Shown here in pieces: positions 12,901-26,747 of a DNA stretch of 64,000 nucleotides. Origin of the DNA: Convolutriloba macropyga (Eukaryota); contig NC_134481.1 in the NCBI RefSeq assembly GCF_964194025.1, forward strand, positions 23,808,001 to 23,872,000, read 5' to 3'. How positions within the stretch are numbered: the first letter of the stretch is position 1; each line of letters begins with the position of its first letter. A model generated the notes under the pieces. That model saw nothing but the letters and a program-made list of their open reading frames with translations, had not been told where the DNA came from and searched no databases. The position numbers and the translations under genes were made by a program.

Positions 12901-15900
12901 GTAATCTTTTTTTTTCATTTTTTATTTAGGCAGAACGATGACTGTGTGATGATCGCTAAATGAATATATAGGTACAAGCTACATGTAGAAGTCGATGCTT
13001 CATATGAAACCTTAAGTATTCAGGCCAAACGGCTGAATAGATCGAAGAGCAGCAAGGAGAGAGATTGGTCTTCTGTTCATAATATTAATAGCCGCCCTCA
13101 TCTTCTCAGCCGGCTATTATAGCGCTCCTATTTTTTTTTACAATTCAAAGAATTTGAATTGTACTGGGGCGCTGTCTTTTTTAAGATCTGTTCACACATT
13201 TTCATGCTTTTTGAAGTCAAATTGGAGTAGTGATTTTGGTCACGCCGAAACAGGAAGTGGAGCGGAAAAGCGAGTGGTTTTGCGGCGTGAAGTTTTTTCG
13301 CTCTAAATTTAAAGTAGAGTGAGAAATAGGTGTTTGAACAAAAATTGGCTTTCTCGCTAGTGGTTTTTTGTTCACATGCGGCAATTTCACTTTGATTTTT
13401 ACAGTTTTTAATAGCCGCCCTCATCTTCTCAGCCGGCTATTATAGCGCTCCTATTTTTTTACTTCGTCGAATAAAAAAATGTTTCTTTACCTCATTTTGC
13501 CGCCTTTTCAACATTTTGCGTGAAATTTTTTTGACTTCTCTAGGCTAGTTTCTCTCTTCTCTCATTCTAATAAAAGTGATTTTGAACATCAGTTGCTCAG
13601 CAAAGCAATTCAAAATGAACAGCGTTAGTACAAAATGGATGTCAGAAATAGAAACGGGATAAACCCATAAAGCCCAATTTTAGATGCCCGCTATTTGAAC
13701 GTCGTTCCCATAAGTCTTAGTTACCATCTCTAATGCTTATTGTTATTGATAGTGGCCCCTGTAGCCTCTCTCTAAGAAACAAGTATGTTCAACTACGAAA
13801 TGCCATCAAAATAAATCGGACTTAAAAAGATGTTTTGTACAAAAATCTTTTTTTTTTCAATATCTTCTGTTTTTTCAATCCCAATCGTGCTTATTGGAAT
13901 CAACGGCGGCTATTTTCCGGCAATCTGCCGGGTATGTTTTTTTGAGAGAGAACGAGAAAAGTAGGCGTGAAAAAATTTTCGCTAAACGAGTGAAATTTTT
14001 GATCATGTGCGGATTTTTCGGGGCATTTAGTTTTTAGTTTTAACTTCAATTTTTCTTTCAAAAGTGTTTCTCAAAATTTTCTTTACTAGTTATAGTTTGT
14101 TTGGAAGCAGTTTCTGGCCATCTAAAGCAAATATTACACTTTAAGGTTCTACATTCAGCAATTTTGCCTTATTTTTAAGTTTTTCTGGCATTTTGTGTAT
14201 TCTGCTTTTATCGCTGATAGCAGTTGCGGAGTTGTGTGGTTGAAATCAGTTGTATAGCACTTCTAGTGGTCTTTCGTTCTGACTAATAATTAATTTCAAA
14301 CATTTTTGCTGAAGAAAATTTGATCAAATTTTTGCTGTTTCGATGTTTTTTATGGTTTTGACTAATTCTTTTGATCTTGCGCTTTTCGCTGCAGTTTTTC
14401 TTGGTTGATTTGTAATCAGGAGTTATTTATAGGTGAGACTTCAAGTCTAGATATGGCCAAAAAAATACGCAATTTTTATTTCAGGTTTTTGATCTTGGCA
14501 GTTTCCAGTAGTGGTTTGATTTTTCTTGCCTGCGCTTTTGATGAGTGACTGATTTAGCAGAAGCTTTATCAGGGTTAGCTTGGAAGAATCTTGGAATGTA
14601 AGCAGGGCACTTTTCACTCAAATAAATTAAACAATTTTCTCATTCTCAGGTTTTTGTCTTTTATTTTTTAGTTGTTGTTTAGTACTTGTCTGACAATTAT
14701 TGGGTGCGTTTCTAATGTATGAGATATTGTAATTGTTTTTCCCAAATAAATGGTTCGGAAATTTTGTTTAAAATTTGTAGAGGTCTTTTTTAAGAGTATA
14801 TTACTTCGGTTTTGTCTGTCATCTCCTTTCCCTTTCCTTGAGTTTCTCTTTACCAACCCCCGTAAAAAGTTGTCGGTCAATTGTTAATTTTTTGCAAACT
14901 ACCTGTTTTACAGGATCCTTCCCCAGTACATTTTTTTAATCTCGAATTTGATCGAATTTTATCAGATGGTCTATCAGTTTCTCTCAGTTAGTTTTCTCAT
15001 ATTTTTCCTGTTGTTGTTTCAAAATGCTTAGCATAAATATGTAGAATTTGCATTAGTGCAGTGAGGATAGTGATTTTTCGAGTTGTTTCCGGAATTCTTC
15101 CGGCTATGTTTTTTTGTTTCGTCAAGATTTTTGTTACGACCATATGACGTCACAATCACTTCTAGTCTGCTCTTTTCATTCGCTCATGCAATTTAAACTG
15201 AATTGCGTGCTTGGCGTCATTTTTCACTCTTAGTGGAACGAGTTGTTTCATTCATTGGGTGATAGTTTTTTTGTCACACGTAACTTACCTCAGTCTCAAA
15301 AATGATTTCCTCACTCTGAAATTGTCTTTTCTTTACTTCAATTCAAAGAGGTAAGGTCGAGTAAGTGTGTGTCAGTCTAAGTGGAGGTTTTTTGGGTGCA
15401 GCTAATAGAAGCAGAAATAAGTTAAAGAAATTCTTAATCGAAATATAACATCTCTGCATTTAAAAAAGTTTTTTTGGTGTTTCTTTTACTTTCATTTTGA
15501 GACTGTAGATCTACAAAGCTATTGTGGCTTTTTTCTGACAGTCTGTCAGCTATAATTATCTGTTTGGCTTATTGCTCAATAATATACACGGCAAGATTTC
15601 ATGTTTTGATATAGGATGTGAATGTTAGTTTGGCAAACTTATCTCTTGTTTGGTGATGGATTCATATGGAGTCACTGCGAATCATGGCCAAACGCTGTAA
15701 AACGCATTGGCATCTAAACTTGGGCTGCATCGATTATAGGTTAATTGAAAATAAATTTACAGTTTTCAATTTTATCGGCCATCATAATTCCTGAAGTTCT
15801 ATATTTTGGCGCTTTGTTGAGATTTTTCCTGAGGTATGTTTTTTTTGTGTTAGCTCATGTTATGCTCGGTTGTAATAGATTCTAATCTAATCTCAATATA

Positions 15901-18900
15901 TTCCCATCTATCTAAATTACCTAGAGGTATCTATCTCCTATCATGGCAATCTGGTCGTCCAGCAGCTCTAGATGTAACGTAACGTCTCCCCTGCAACCAG
16001 GAATTATAAATGATGCGGCGGAGAGTTCAGGTTTCGGGGAAAATGACAAAGCGATTTGATGACGCGATTTAAGTTATTGAACAACAATCATTATGCTTAA
16101 CTAAGCTAAAATTAACTATGACCAGAATCCTTGCGCCTGAGCTGTTCCAAAAAATTTTCCGAAGATTTTAATCTTTTTCTGACAAAAAAGAGAAAATCTT
16201 TTTCTCTTGTGTTGTTACAGAGCAGTTTCTGCGATGGTCGCAAGAGCTGCGAGAGATTCAAGTTGCCACAGTACTTCTACGCGGCTGAATTGGGAGAGGC
16301 TGCTGACTTCGTGGTCGATTCTGAGGTGAGATCTGTCATAAGCCCTGTGTCTAGTAAATTCTGAACAGATTATTATGTACCAAATAAGCATGAAAAGAAT
16401 ATAGTATATAATTTCATGGAATTACTTTCATGGAGTATATATTTTTTCATGGAATCTTGACTCAATCAGTCGAAAAATGTCTAGCAGAAATTTGCGATTT
16501 TAGTCATCAAAGAATAATTTTTGAGACCTTGTGGGAATTTTTGTCAATTGTATTGCATCGACATGCAAGATTGTAGTAAATTAATGAATCTTGGTGTATT
16601 TAAATCATTGTTAAATCTGCCAGTTCACATTCTGATGTTTATTAAAAGGATCTTCATTCGATGTCTCAATTCGCCATAAAATCTTTTCGAACCGTCAATC
16701 AACAATTTATTTTAGCTTCAAAAATTCCTCAAGACGTATCCTGACCTCCTTGACTATTTGCACATCTCTGATCAGTACAGCGGGAAGAAACCAGATGATC
16801 AAACTGCCGGTTCTGGGCCCCCTAGTCCACCCAGCGCGGTTGCCAAAGTCCTCCAGGCGAGGTTTGCAATGCCCAAATTTGGCAGGACGCAGCCAGAGGA
16901 TATGGACGTCATGCTACCGTGTCTGAAACTGATGATATATTTCATAGATAAATTGAAGAAATTGAAGCTTTCGAAAGAGGTGAGACAATGACAATTTTAA
17001 GCGCGCCCTGATTTTGAGGTTGTTAATAGCCGCCCTCATCTTCTCAGCTAGGCTATTATAGCGCTCCTATTTTTTACGACTCGAAGAGGAGTATTGGAGA
17101 AGTCCTTTTTTTTAATCAATTTTATTGGAGTGATTTTTGAAGCGGGAAATGAAACGCGTGAAAAAATTTAGGGATTTTGGGGCTGAACAAAAGTTAAGAG
17201 CGGAGCGAAAAGAGAGTGGTTTTTGTTCATACCGCTGTTTTTGAGACAGCGAGAAATTGAAGTGTGCAAAAATTTTCTCTAAGCGAGCGAAATTTTTTTG
17301 TTCACGAGCGGCATTTTAAGGCAGTTTTTTTTTCATTTATTTTGGCTAAGAGGTTTGGTTATGATTTTGTTTTAATTTTAGGCTGGTTTTGGCAGTGGTT
17401 TGAAGATTTCTAGAAATTCATATGAATTTTATGATAATTCGGAGGTTTTTAATGTATTTTGCTGATTTTCGGGCTAATTTTTGCGTTTTTTTGAGGATTA
17501 TTTTGTTTTACTGGCTCAAATGGGTATTGAAGAAACCCCTTCTACTTGAGCAATTTTATGATAACAATTGGTTACAGTTTTGTGGGTAAGAATTATTTTT
17601 TTTTGTCGAGAAATATGACAAAAAAATGGCGAAAGTTGGAACTATTTTTCTTAATTTTTTGCAGTTTTTCGTTTTTTTTCTGTTTTTAGCTAAGTTTCTT
17701 TGTTAATTATGACTTTCTTATTGTTTTGCGAGCATCTGGATACCTTATTGGCTGAAGGAAATTTTTCTTTGGATTTTTATGTTTTTGAAATATTAAAGAA
17801 TTTAGTAACTTTTTCCAGTTTTTCAGTGAAAGTTTTTTAAGAGCTGTTTTTCATAATTTTAGCCTAAAGGATTTTTTCAAAATTCACATAAGTGGTTTTT
17901 GTGAGTACTAGTTGTTTTGATGAAGTTATTTCGGCAGAGATAGTTTTTTCGGGATCTCAATTTATAACAAAATTTGATCCGATTTTTTATCATATTTTAA
18001 CAGATTTGATTTTATTGTTTTTACTTTTTTGTTTCATGACTTTGTTTCAAGATAATCATGAATTAGTGAAGGCACGTTTTGTCTGATGAGTAGTTAGATG
18101 GCGTTTAAATGGATTTTCACTTCGAGTCGTTTCCGGAATTCTTCCGGCTATGTTTTTTTTTTACTTCGTCGAACTTTTTTTCGCTTTATCATTTTTGCCG
18201 CTTTTTGGACATTTTGCGTGAAATCTTTTTGACTTCTCTAGGATAGTTTCTCTCTTCTCTCACTCTGCTAAAAGTGAATTTGAACATCAGTTTCTCAGCA
18301 GAGCAATTCAAAATGAACAGAGTCAGTATAAAAAATTGAAGTCAGAAATAGAAACGGGATAAACCCATAAAGCCCAATTTTAGATGCCCGCTATTTGAAC
18401 GTTGTTCCTATAAGTCTTAGTTGCCATCTCTTATGCTTATTGGTATTGATATTAGCCCGTGTAGCCTCTCTAAGAAACACAAATATGTTCAACTACGAAA
18501 TGCTGTCAAAATAAATCGGACTTAAAAAATGTTTTTAAACAAATCTTTTTTCTTTCAATATCTTCTATTCTTTCAATTCCAATCATGCTTATTGGAATCA
18601 ACGGCGGCTATTTTCCGGCAATCGGCCGGGTATGTTTTTCGTCGCAACCAATGAAATTCAAGTCTGTATTTTTACTATGACCAGATTCTGGTTATCTCTT
18701 TTTTTGCAATAAAAAGTCCTAAATCTGGCAAAAAAGGTTTTCGTTGTTTATCGGCCAACAGTTTTATTATGAGCCAACAGTTTCATTCTGATCATACTTT
18801 GTTCATACTTCAAAAGCTAATTTAGACCTGTACATTAGACGCCCTTAAAGAAGAACTTTTCCACATTGTCCGCTTAATAGAAGTGTTCCCAACCCTTTGT

Positions 18901-21900
18901 GGGATATAAAAATGTTTTTCCTGAGGAAGAAACAGTTCATAGTAAGTTAATTGTTTCCTTTTTAATCTCTCTAGTTTTAGTGCTCAGTTATTTAATTGAG
19001 GGCAGTTGAACTTGTGTCATGACGATAATGCCCGGATTTTTATCCCCGATTTCTTGTCCAACCATTTCGCATGATGATTGAAATAGCATAATTGAATTAT
19101 GAGCCGAAATTGACGCCAGTTTTCATAGACAGCTGCAACTAATTACAGAAATTTGATGTCATTTATTAATAGCCGCACAGCGATAGCTGAGGCTATTATT
19201 GGTCTTCTCTTGGTTTTTTTTACAATTCAAAGAATTTTTACAATTCAAAGAATTTGAATTGTATTGGGGCGCTGTCTTTTTTCAAGATCTATTCACACAT
19301 TTTCATGATTTCTGAAGTCAAATTGGAATAGTGATTTTGGTCACGCCGAAACAGGAAGTGGAGCGAAAAAGCGAGTGGTTTTGCGGCGTGAAATTTTTTC
19401 GCTCTAAATTTAAAGTAGAGTGAGAAAACGGTGTTTGAACAAAAATTCGCTTTCTCGCTTGTGGTTTTTTGTTCACATGCGGCAATTTTACTTTGATTTT
19501 TACTGTTTTTTCGATTTTTCAGATCGGATTTTTTTCTAAATGGTTTTCCCAATCCATTCATAGTCCGTTCTAGGTCTAGTTTTCTGTTTAGTCAATGAAA
19601 ATTCTTTGAATTGTACGTCAGGACTTGTCCTGCTATGTTTTTTTTATTTCGTTCGCGATTTTTGTTACGACCATATGACGTCACAACCACTTAAAATCTG
19701 CTTTTTGTTCATTCGTTCATGCAATTTCAACTGAAGTGCGTGCGTGACGTAATTTTTCGCTCTTAGTGGAGCGAGTCTTTTTGTTAATTCGTGTGATTAA
19801 ATTTTTGGTCACACTTGACTTACCTCACTCTCAAAAATGACTTCACTTTGAAATTGACTTTTATTTACTTTAATTCAAAGAGATAAATTCAAATGGGTGT
19901 GTGTCACTCTAAATGAAGGTTATTTGAGAGCAGCTAATAGAGGCAGCAAAAACTTATACAGATTTTTAATCAAAATATAACATATCCTTCAATGAAAAGA
20001 CGATTTTTTTTGTGTCTTTTTCACTGTTTTTTTGAGACTGCAGATCTACGAAGCTATTGCGGCTATTTTCTGGCAATCTGCCAGCTATATTATTATTATT
20101 TTCAATCGTTATAAAAGTTTGTATATCAATTTATTTTACCCATTATTAAAGGGGTTTTCTCTGCATGTTAGACCTTCCCGTTTCTGAGGTTCCCTGTCTG
20201 CTGCCATTGACATTATAATGTCGCTGACTAAGAGCTAAGAACTGTACCGAGCTCTATGCAAATTATTAGGTCCGCTTTAGACAAATATTTATGATTGCGA
20301 AAATTTTTCCGATAAAAGCAATGATGGCAGCAATGAGAGCAATGATGGAAAAGCGAAGAATTCATAAGAGTGTAAGGCAATTTCTGATACTATCAAGAGG
20401 CATCTTTAGTTGAGAAGACAAAATTCTAAACTTCAATAACATCATGTGAAACACTACTGAAATTCGCCAAAGTGAGCTTTGATCAAACCCGCTCACGCCT
20501 GTCTTTCGAGAGCAATTAGTCCGATAGTAGTCGGTTGTTTTCTTTATTAATAGCCGCCCTCATCTTCTCAGCCGGCTATTATAGCGCTCTTAATTTTTTT
20601 TATTTCGTCAAACTTTTCGCCTTACCATTTTGCCGCTTTTCAGCATTTTGCGTGAAATCTTTTTGATTTCTCTAGGCTAGTTTCTCTCTTCTCTCATTCT
20701 GCTAAAAGTGAATTTGAACATCAGTTGCTCAGCAAAGTGAACAGAGTCAGAATAAAAAATTGAAGTCAGAAATAGAAACGGGATAAAGCCCAATTTTAGA
20801 TGTACGCTATTTGAACATCGTGCCTATAAGTCTTAGTTACCATCTCTTATGCTTATTGGTATTTATAGTAGCCCCTGTAGCATCTCTCTAAGAAACAGAA
20901 GTATGTTCAACTACGAAATGCCATCAAAATAAATCGGACTTAAAAAATGTTTTTGTTCAAAAATCTGTTTTTTTCCGATATCTTCTATTCTTTCAATCCC
21001 AATCATGCTTATTGGAATCAACGACGGCTATTTTCCGGCAATCTGCCGCTATGTTTTATTAATAGCCGCCCTGACTTGTCAGCTGGCTATTATAGTGCTC
21101 CTATTTTACGTCGAATATAAGTTTTTTGCTTTACCTTAGTTCACAGCTTGTTCAACATTTATAACAAAATTTGATCCGATTTTTTATCATATTTTAACAG
21201 ATTTGATTTTATTGTTTTTACTTTTTTGTTTCATGACTTTGTTTCAAGATAATCATGAATTAGTGAAGGCACGTTTTGTCTGATGAGTAGTTAGATGGCG
21301 TTTAAATGGATTTTCACTTCGAGTCGTTTCCGGAATTCTTCCGGCTATGTTTTTTTTTTTTACTTCGTCGAACTTTTTTCGCTTTATCATTTTTGCCGCT
21401 TTTTCGACATTTTGCGGGAAACCTTTTTGACTTCTCTAGGCTAGTTTCACTCTTCTCTCGTTCTGCTAAAAGTGTTTTTAGACAGCAGTTGCTCAGCAAA
21501 GCAATTCAAAATGAACAAAGTTGTTACCAAAAACCGAAATCAGAAATGAAACGGGAAAAAACCCATAAAGCCCAATTTTAGATGCCCGTTACTCAAACTT
21601 TGTTCTTAGTTACCATTTCTAAGGCTTATTGGTACTAATACCTTCACCTGTGTCGTTTGTCTTCGACACAGGAGTATGTTCAGCTCCAAAATGACATCAA
21701 AATAGTTTGCACTTAAAAAATGTTTTTGTACAAAAATCGTTTTTTTTTTTCAAATGTTTTTTTCTTTCAATCCCAATCATGGTTATGGGGATCAACGGCG
21801 GCTATTTTCCGGCAATCTGCCGGGTATGTTCGGTTTTTGTTTCGTTTTCACTGCTGTTAACTCGTATATGCTCCGTATGTTTTGATAGCTTACAATCAAG

Positions 21901-24491
21901 ATCAGGCCTGTAGTTATATCTGTTTTCGTTGCATGCTGAAGTGATGTAATGTGTTTCATACAGTTCAAACACTCAATTTTCTTTGCCATACATACTGTGT
22001 TTATGGTTGCCAAATTTTGTTGTATTCAATAGTCGCTTTAGAGCATTTTTATGTTTAATTGCTCTTAAACGAAGTTTGTAACAATTATATTAGTCCTATT
22101 GGTCTTTTTCATGCGATTTTTCGCTTGACCGATTTTTGTCCGACCCATTTGACTTTTCGTCCTCCAAAACGAAATAACTAGGTCGTGCCCAGAGTGCATA
22201 ATTTTTCTCGGAGCATTTGAGCTCACTAGTCTCCAAGTATGCGACTCACGACTTATACGTATGGTGTGAAGGGCGGTTCTTAGGTTGACCCCTACACCCT
22301 CCTCACTTCACCCAATCCCTACTCCTGCATCCTTAAAGCAGCGAGCTTGTCATTCATTTGAGATCAATTTGCTCGAGGTTAGTCGGCTGTGTTTGAAATA
22401 ATGGCTCTTTTAAAACAATGAAAATGTTTCTGAAATTATTTTCATAGATAAATGTAAATATGCGAAAAAAAAACAAAGGTCGCTATTGGGCGGAAGCGCC
22501 TTAATTTGCCATTTTTGCTTTTCCGCTTCCTGGCACTCAAGAGTTTAATGAGGCGAGGTGTTTCACCGCGCAGTTGTTTGGGATCTAGTTCGCTTGACTT
22601 TCGTTATTTTCTTTTTAATTCAAGATCAATAAATATTTAACAACTTTGGGTTTAGACCTCGCGGCGTTTTAAACTTTTTCGCGATTTTCTTATGCTAATT
22701 ACAATCAACTGTTGTCTTTTCAATCGGCCGAGCTGCAGTTTAGTAAGCACGCATGAAAAATTACTTGAATGTTCAATTGCTCTCAAACGAAGTTTGTATC
22801 AATTATATGATACAAAAAAGTCCTGTGGTCTTTATGCGATTTTTCGCTTGACCGATTTTTTGTCTGACCCATTTGACTTTTCGACATCAAAAATGGATTA
22901 AACAAGTAGCGCCCTGATGGCATTAAGGGCGCTCAGAGTCTTTCAGCCTACTAGACTCTATGTATGCAATTCAACGAAACTGTTTTGGAGACATAAAATT
23001 AGTGAAGGGCGGCTATTAGAGTTACCCCTGCACATCATTTCACCCGTAAACCAGCGAGCGAGCCAGTCATTCACACCCCCCACCCTACTTCACCTCCCCA
23101 TACACACCCCAAACCTTGCTTATTGTTGCACCCGTAACCCAGCGCGCTCGACAACCTCCTAAGCCCCCCCCCGCTGCGCTCACTCTGACCTTTCTATTAA
23201 GTTAAAGCTGGCCTCCCTAAGCCGTTACTAGCTACTTACAAAGCAAACCGCTCGCCAGTAATTTGAGAGCAATTCGCCCGACGTTAGTCGTTTATGTTCT
23301 CAATTGATATACACGTTTTCCCATTTTGTTATTGTTCACAATTATTCTCTCCAATTATTTTACGCTTTTGTTTTTCCTATTTGGGAATTATTGCATACTG
23401 GTGAAGAAAGTTTTTTGAATTACACCCTCTGTACAGATTTTCGCCCTGATTTTTGCGCTTTAGATGAAACACGAGAAAGTACTAAAATTTTTTGATATCA
23501 TTGTAATATTATCGAGACTTGAATTACAGATATAGCATATTTTACCCAAGACGAGCAAAGAAAGCAGCTGTGATCCTTAAAATTTGATTTCTGAATCAGT
23601 TTCCAATTTTTTTCCTGATTTATGCAAAATTATGATAGCAATTATTTTTTCAAATTGCTATCGGAAAACAAGCAGACTAATCAAGCATCTCCAATACGGG
23701 GAGTACCAATTTGGATATAACGAAGCTTGGTTTATTTCACATTTAGTCTTATTACAGTCTTGAATTGTAATGCTCTTGTTTAGGCTCGGAGTAAGGCAGA
23801 GCGTAACAGGTGTAAGATGGAGGAGGCTATTAGCAAAATGTTGCATAGTCAGAGGCAGGAGAGTCAACAATTGAGAAAAGAGGAGAAGGTCAGGATGGAA
23901 AAGGAGAGACTCATGAACGAGACTGACCCTGACAAACTGAGGAAGCTAGAGGTCAGTACAACTGTTCACCCCCTATAGGGCTGCAATATGTAATATGTTC
24001 AAACATTACTGACAATATTGTCTAAACTGGATCAATGGGCTACTTGACTTGGGTTATTAAAAGGATTTCACCCAATTATTCAATAATTGGTTTGGTTTGA
24101 CTTACCTAATGATAGGCGAGTTTTAAAATGTTTCAGAGTAGACAGAAAAGATGAGCGCAAATCTATTGATGCAAATAATTAATAAGGGACGTTAATTGAT
24201 GGACTAGAAGTTAAAAGGGTGTCGATTTTTGAAAGACTAATAGCTTAATGAACTCCTAACCTTATGCGGTGGACTAATGGTCAAGCTCAAGAGCAAGTCT
24301 GTGTATTTTGTGTGATATTCTTTTTATCAAACTGAATTGACAATTTTCATGATTTACAATCCTCTAAAATTGTCAAATTCTCGATATAATCTTTTTGATT
24401 GCATTCTTCTCATTTTTAGGACGCACAGGCGAAGCGTGATCGCAAGAAAAATCAGCCCAAAATGAAGTCAATGATGGTTCGAATGAAGTAA
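6967..24491 (+). CDS. CCDC47: PAT complex subunit CCDC47 (calumin), 9 coding exons, 515 aa
   Basis: Exons 6967-7341, 7963-8174, 8546-8732, 10363-10428, 10509-10607, 16221-16325, 16716-16979, 23784-23951, 24420-24491; all GT-AG, frame continuous (1548 nt). Signal peptide, acidic NDDFAEFDD region, VPEHLRTKW plus a TM segment, [30 protein letters not shown], and a C-terminal coiled coil ending [12 protein letters not shown]. Confidence 0.94.
7427..7820 (+). mobile_element. Helentron/HINE-like element, family G (short)
   Basis: 5' ATTGCTCTCAAA, 3' TTTGAGAGTAAT, hairpin CCGAC-GTTA-GTCGG, then TTATAT. Homologous to copies at 22057, 22775, 44548 and 55125. Confidence 0.8.
13087..15554 (+). mobile_element. 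Composite Helentron-like array: host 5' end, A fragment (13140-13409), complete D (13410-13936), C-like 3' part (to 15108), B-type remainder
   Basis: Two identical AATAGCCGCCCTCATCTTCTCAGCCGGCTATT starts and three hairpin+TAT ends (13936, 15108, about 15554). Confidence 0.78.
17025..18634 (+). mobile_element. Family D host with a nested family C element (17076-18152)
   Basis: C starts ACGACTCGAAG and ends with its reverse complement CTTCGAGTCGT, then CCGGAA-TTC-TTCCGG and CTATG. D resumes ACTTCGTCGAA and ends GCGGCTATT, hairpin, GTATG. Confidence 0.85.
19168..20090 (+). mobile_element. B-type host with a nested family A element (19222-19637)
   Basis: AATAGCCGC...GCGGCTATT termini. A is bounded by ACAATTCAAAGAAT and ATTCTTTGAATTGT plus hairpin. 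Confidence 0.85.
20549..21828 (+). mobile_element. Two head-to-tail family D elements (20549-21053 empty; 21061-21828 chimeric with a C 3' end)
   Basis: Both have an AATAGCCGC start and a CGGCTATTTTCCGGCAATCTGCCG end. Confidence 0.82.
22057..23296 (+). mobile_element. Two family G elements (22057-22391, 22775-23296)
   Basis: AATTGCTCT(C/T)AAAC starts; TTTGAGA(G/T)CAATT plus ...GTTAGTCG ends. Confidence 0.78.
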
Positions 24492-26747
24492 TTACAAACA
24501 AACAAACAAACAAACAACAATAAGCAGCTATTCGTCACAGTGTTACATTGACAAACAGGATACTAGCCGCTTCTTGAACGACTTTGTGCGCTCAAACATC
24601 AAATGTAATCTTTATCATCAGCAGAAAAAGTCACTCTAGAACTGACATGATTAATCAGTTCTATTCACGACTCCATTGTCATAAACGTGCATGAAATGGG
24701 ATAAATCTCTATTTATTTTATAGAACCCACCGCCCATCCCCCCAACAGACTTTCTGTTTCCAACTAATAGCAAAGTGATCATATTTTAGCATCGATTATA
24801 GTTTATATAGACTAATGCAAAGTGGACTATTCCGTAACAATAGGTGGTAAGGTAATGTTGTAGAAGTACCACTTATCGATTCGAGGGAAAAGTGGGAAAG
24901 AAGTTCTATTATTATTGTTATAACAAATGATGCTACTTTAACTTGTATTCAGCCCCTAAGATTTAACTATTACTCATCTCATTTTGTATATCTGAAATCT
25001 CGTCCTAGTCACGCTAATGTCAATTATTGATATAAACTGTGCAGACTTGTCTGATAGCTTCCCTAAAGTTAATCGAAATTGGATCGAAAAGGTCAAGTTC
25101 TTTTGATTCTGATTTAACATACAATTTTATATTGAAAATTTTGAACCCTGTTTTGCGTTGCGTCTGTAAGAAATTGTTAAAGATTTAAAGCTCAAAATAA
25201 GGAAGCAAACTTTGGCTTTACTGGTGAATATGTTCTAGAACATTTGGCTTTAGAGCTGAATTTGTTCTAGAATGTTCTGTATAGGTTACGTGACTCTGCG
25301 TGAAGCCATTAAGGCGTCAACTTCTGTTTATCGAGAACTGTATAGCGGTTTGAGATGTTCAGGCGGAACTTCAAAATTACTTCTGCACAGTCACTTCACC
25401 TTGCTTGAAACACGCAACTTGCACGTTTTAAAATAACGAAAGTCAATGGAAGTCAACTTCTGGCTACGTGTAAAGGGAACTTCTGGCATCTTCTTGACAA
25501 CTGTTCTGTACAAGAGCACTGAGTGTTCTCAACAATCGCATACAATTGACATTTAAATTGAACAGGATATAATTTATAAAAAATTACTTACACGATTAAA
25601 TATTGCATAGCTGCAATTAAAATATGCTGTATATTAAAATTCTAATTTGACATGAACTCTATCACGAGTAACAGAGATCGAAATCTTTGGCGTTATGGAT
25701 CTAATTACGATCAATAACAGAAAAAAACTGGAAATTACTCGAAATACTGAGTCAACATTGGGTAAACAATTGAGGTTGACCACCATGTTTTTGTGCCACA
25801 AAAAATTGTGATTTAAATACATAATGCTCTTAGAGTTCTTATGAGTCAAAAACAGAATACATTGTGGAATACACAAAACGTTATTGTGGCATAAGCAGAA
25901 TTATATCTATATTATTTTGTAATTCTTTCGACTCAATTAAAAATAAACTGCTATGAAAGCTAAATACTTAGCAGGGAACATAGCAGATGTGTAATAACAT
26001 TTTAATTTCTTGATTTTTAATAATACAAAGCTGGTGATTAATCGAAGCGAAGGTTTACTTTCTGACGGACATTAAAAAATGGTTTTTATGGTAGAGGTTT
26101 CTAGTCCAATAATATCATTAAAAGCTAATTTTTTTCTTGGATTGATTTTTAAATGCTCTCCTACAAAATTTTTACCCAGGGAAAATCTAAACTCAGTAGC
26201 AATCTGCTGTGGTACATCAAATACTTCTTCACTCAATTAAACTATCGAATTGAAAGAAAAATTGTTTTTTGAACCAAAAAATGAAATAATGATTCAAACA
26301 TGAGTGGAAGTTTATGGAAATGTAACTTTAGTTTTTGTACGTATAAATTGTAGAAGTGTAGTTAGTTATAGGGAAAGATCTTAATTATAGTTGTTGTGTA
26401 TTCATTAGGGGAGATATTATTCTTGAATGAATGCGTTGAATTGTGCCTCTTGTGTTTTTGATATGGCACAATTGACTATTCTGTCTTTCTGGACAGAAAA
26501 CGATTTCAATTGACGCTATTGTTCACACGCATTTTTTTCCAAAAAAAAGTGCTGTTGGTTTTTTAAGAACTTGACTGCAACTTTCATCATTTGGAATTGT
26601 TTGTTAAGTTGAAAAATCTTAAATTAATCATTTATGTCATACTTGGTTAAGCTGAATAGATTATAATCTGTTTATCTTTGAAAAATTTTCAAGAAAATTT
26701 CCTTTGAAGTGATGACTCCTCTATACGCTCTATTTTTGTAACTGTTT

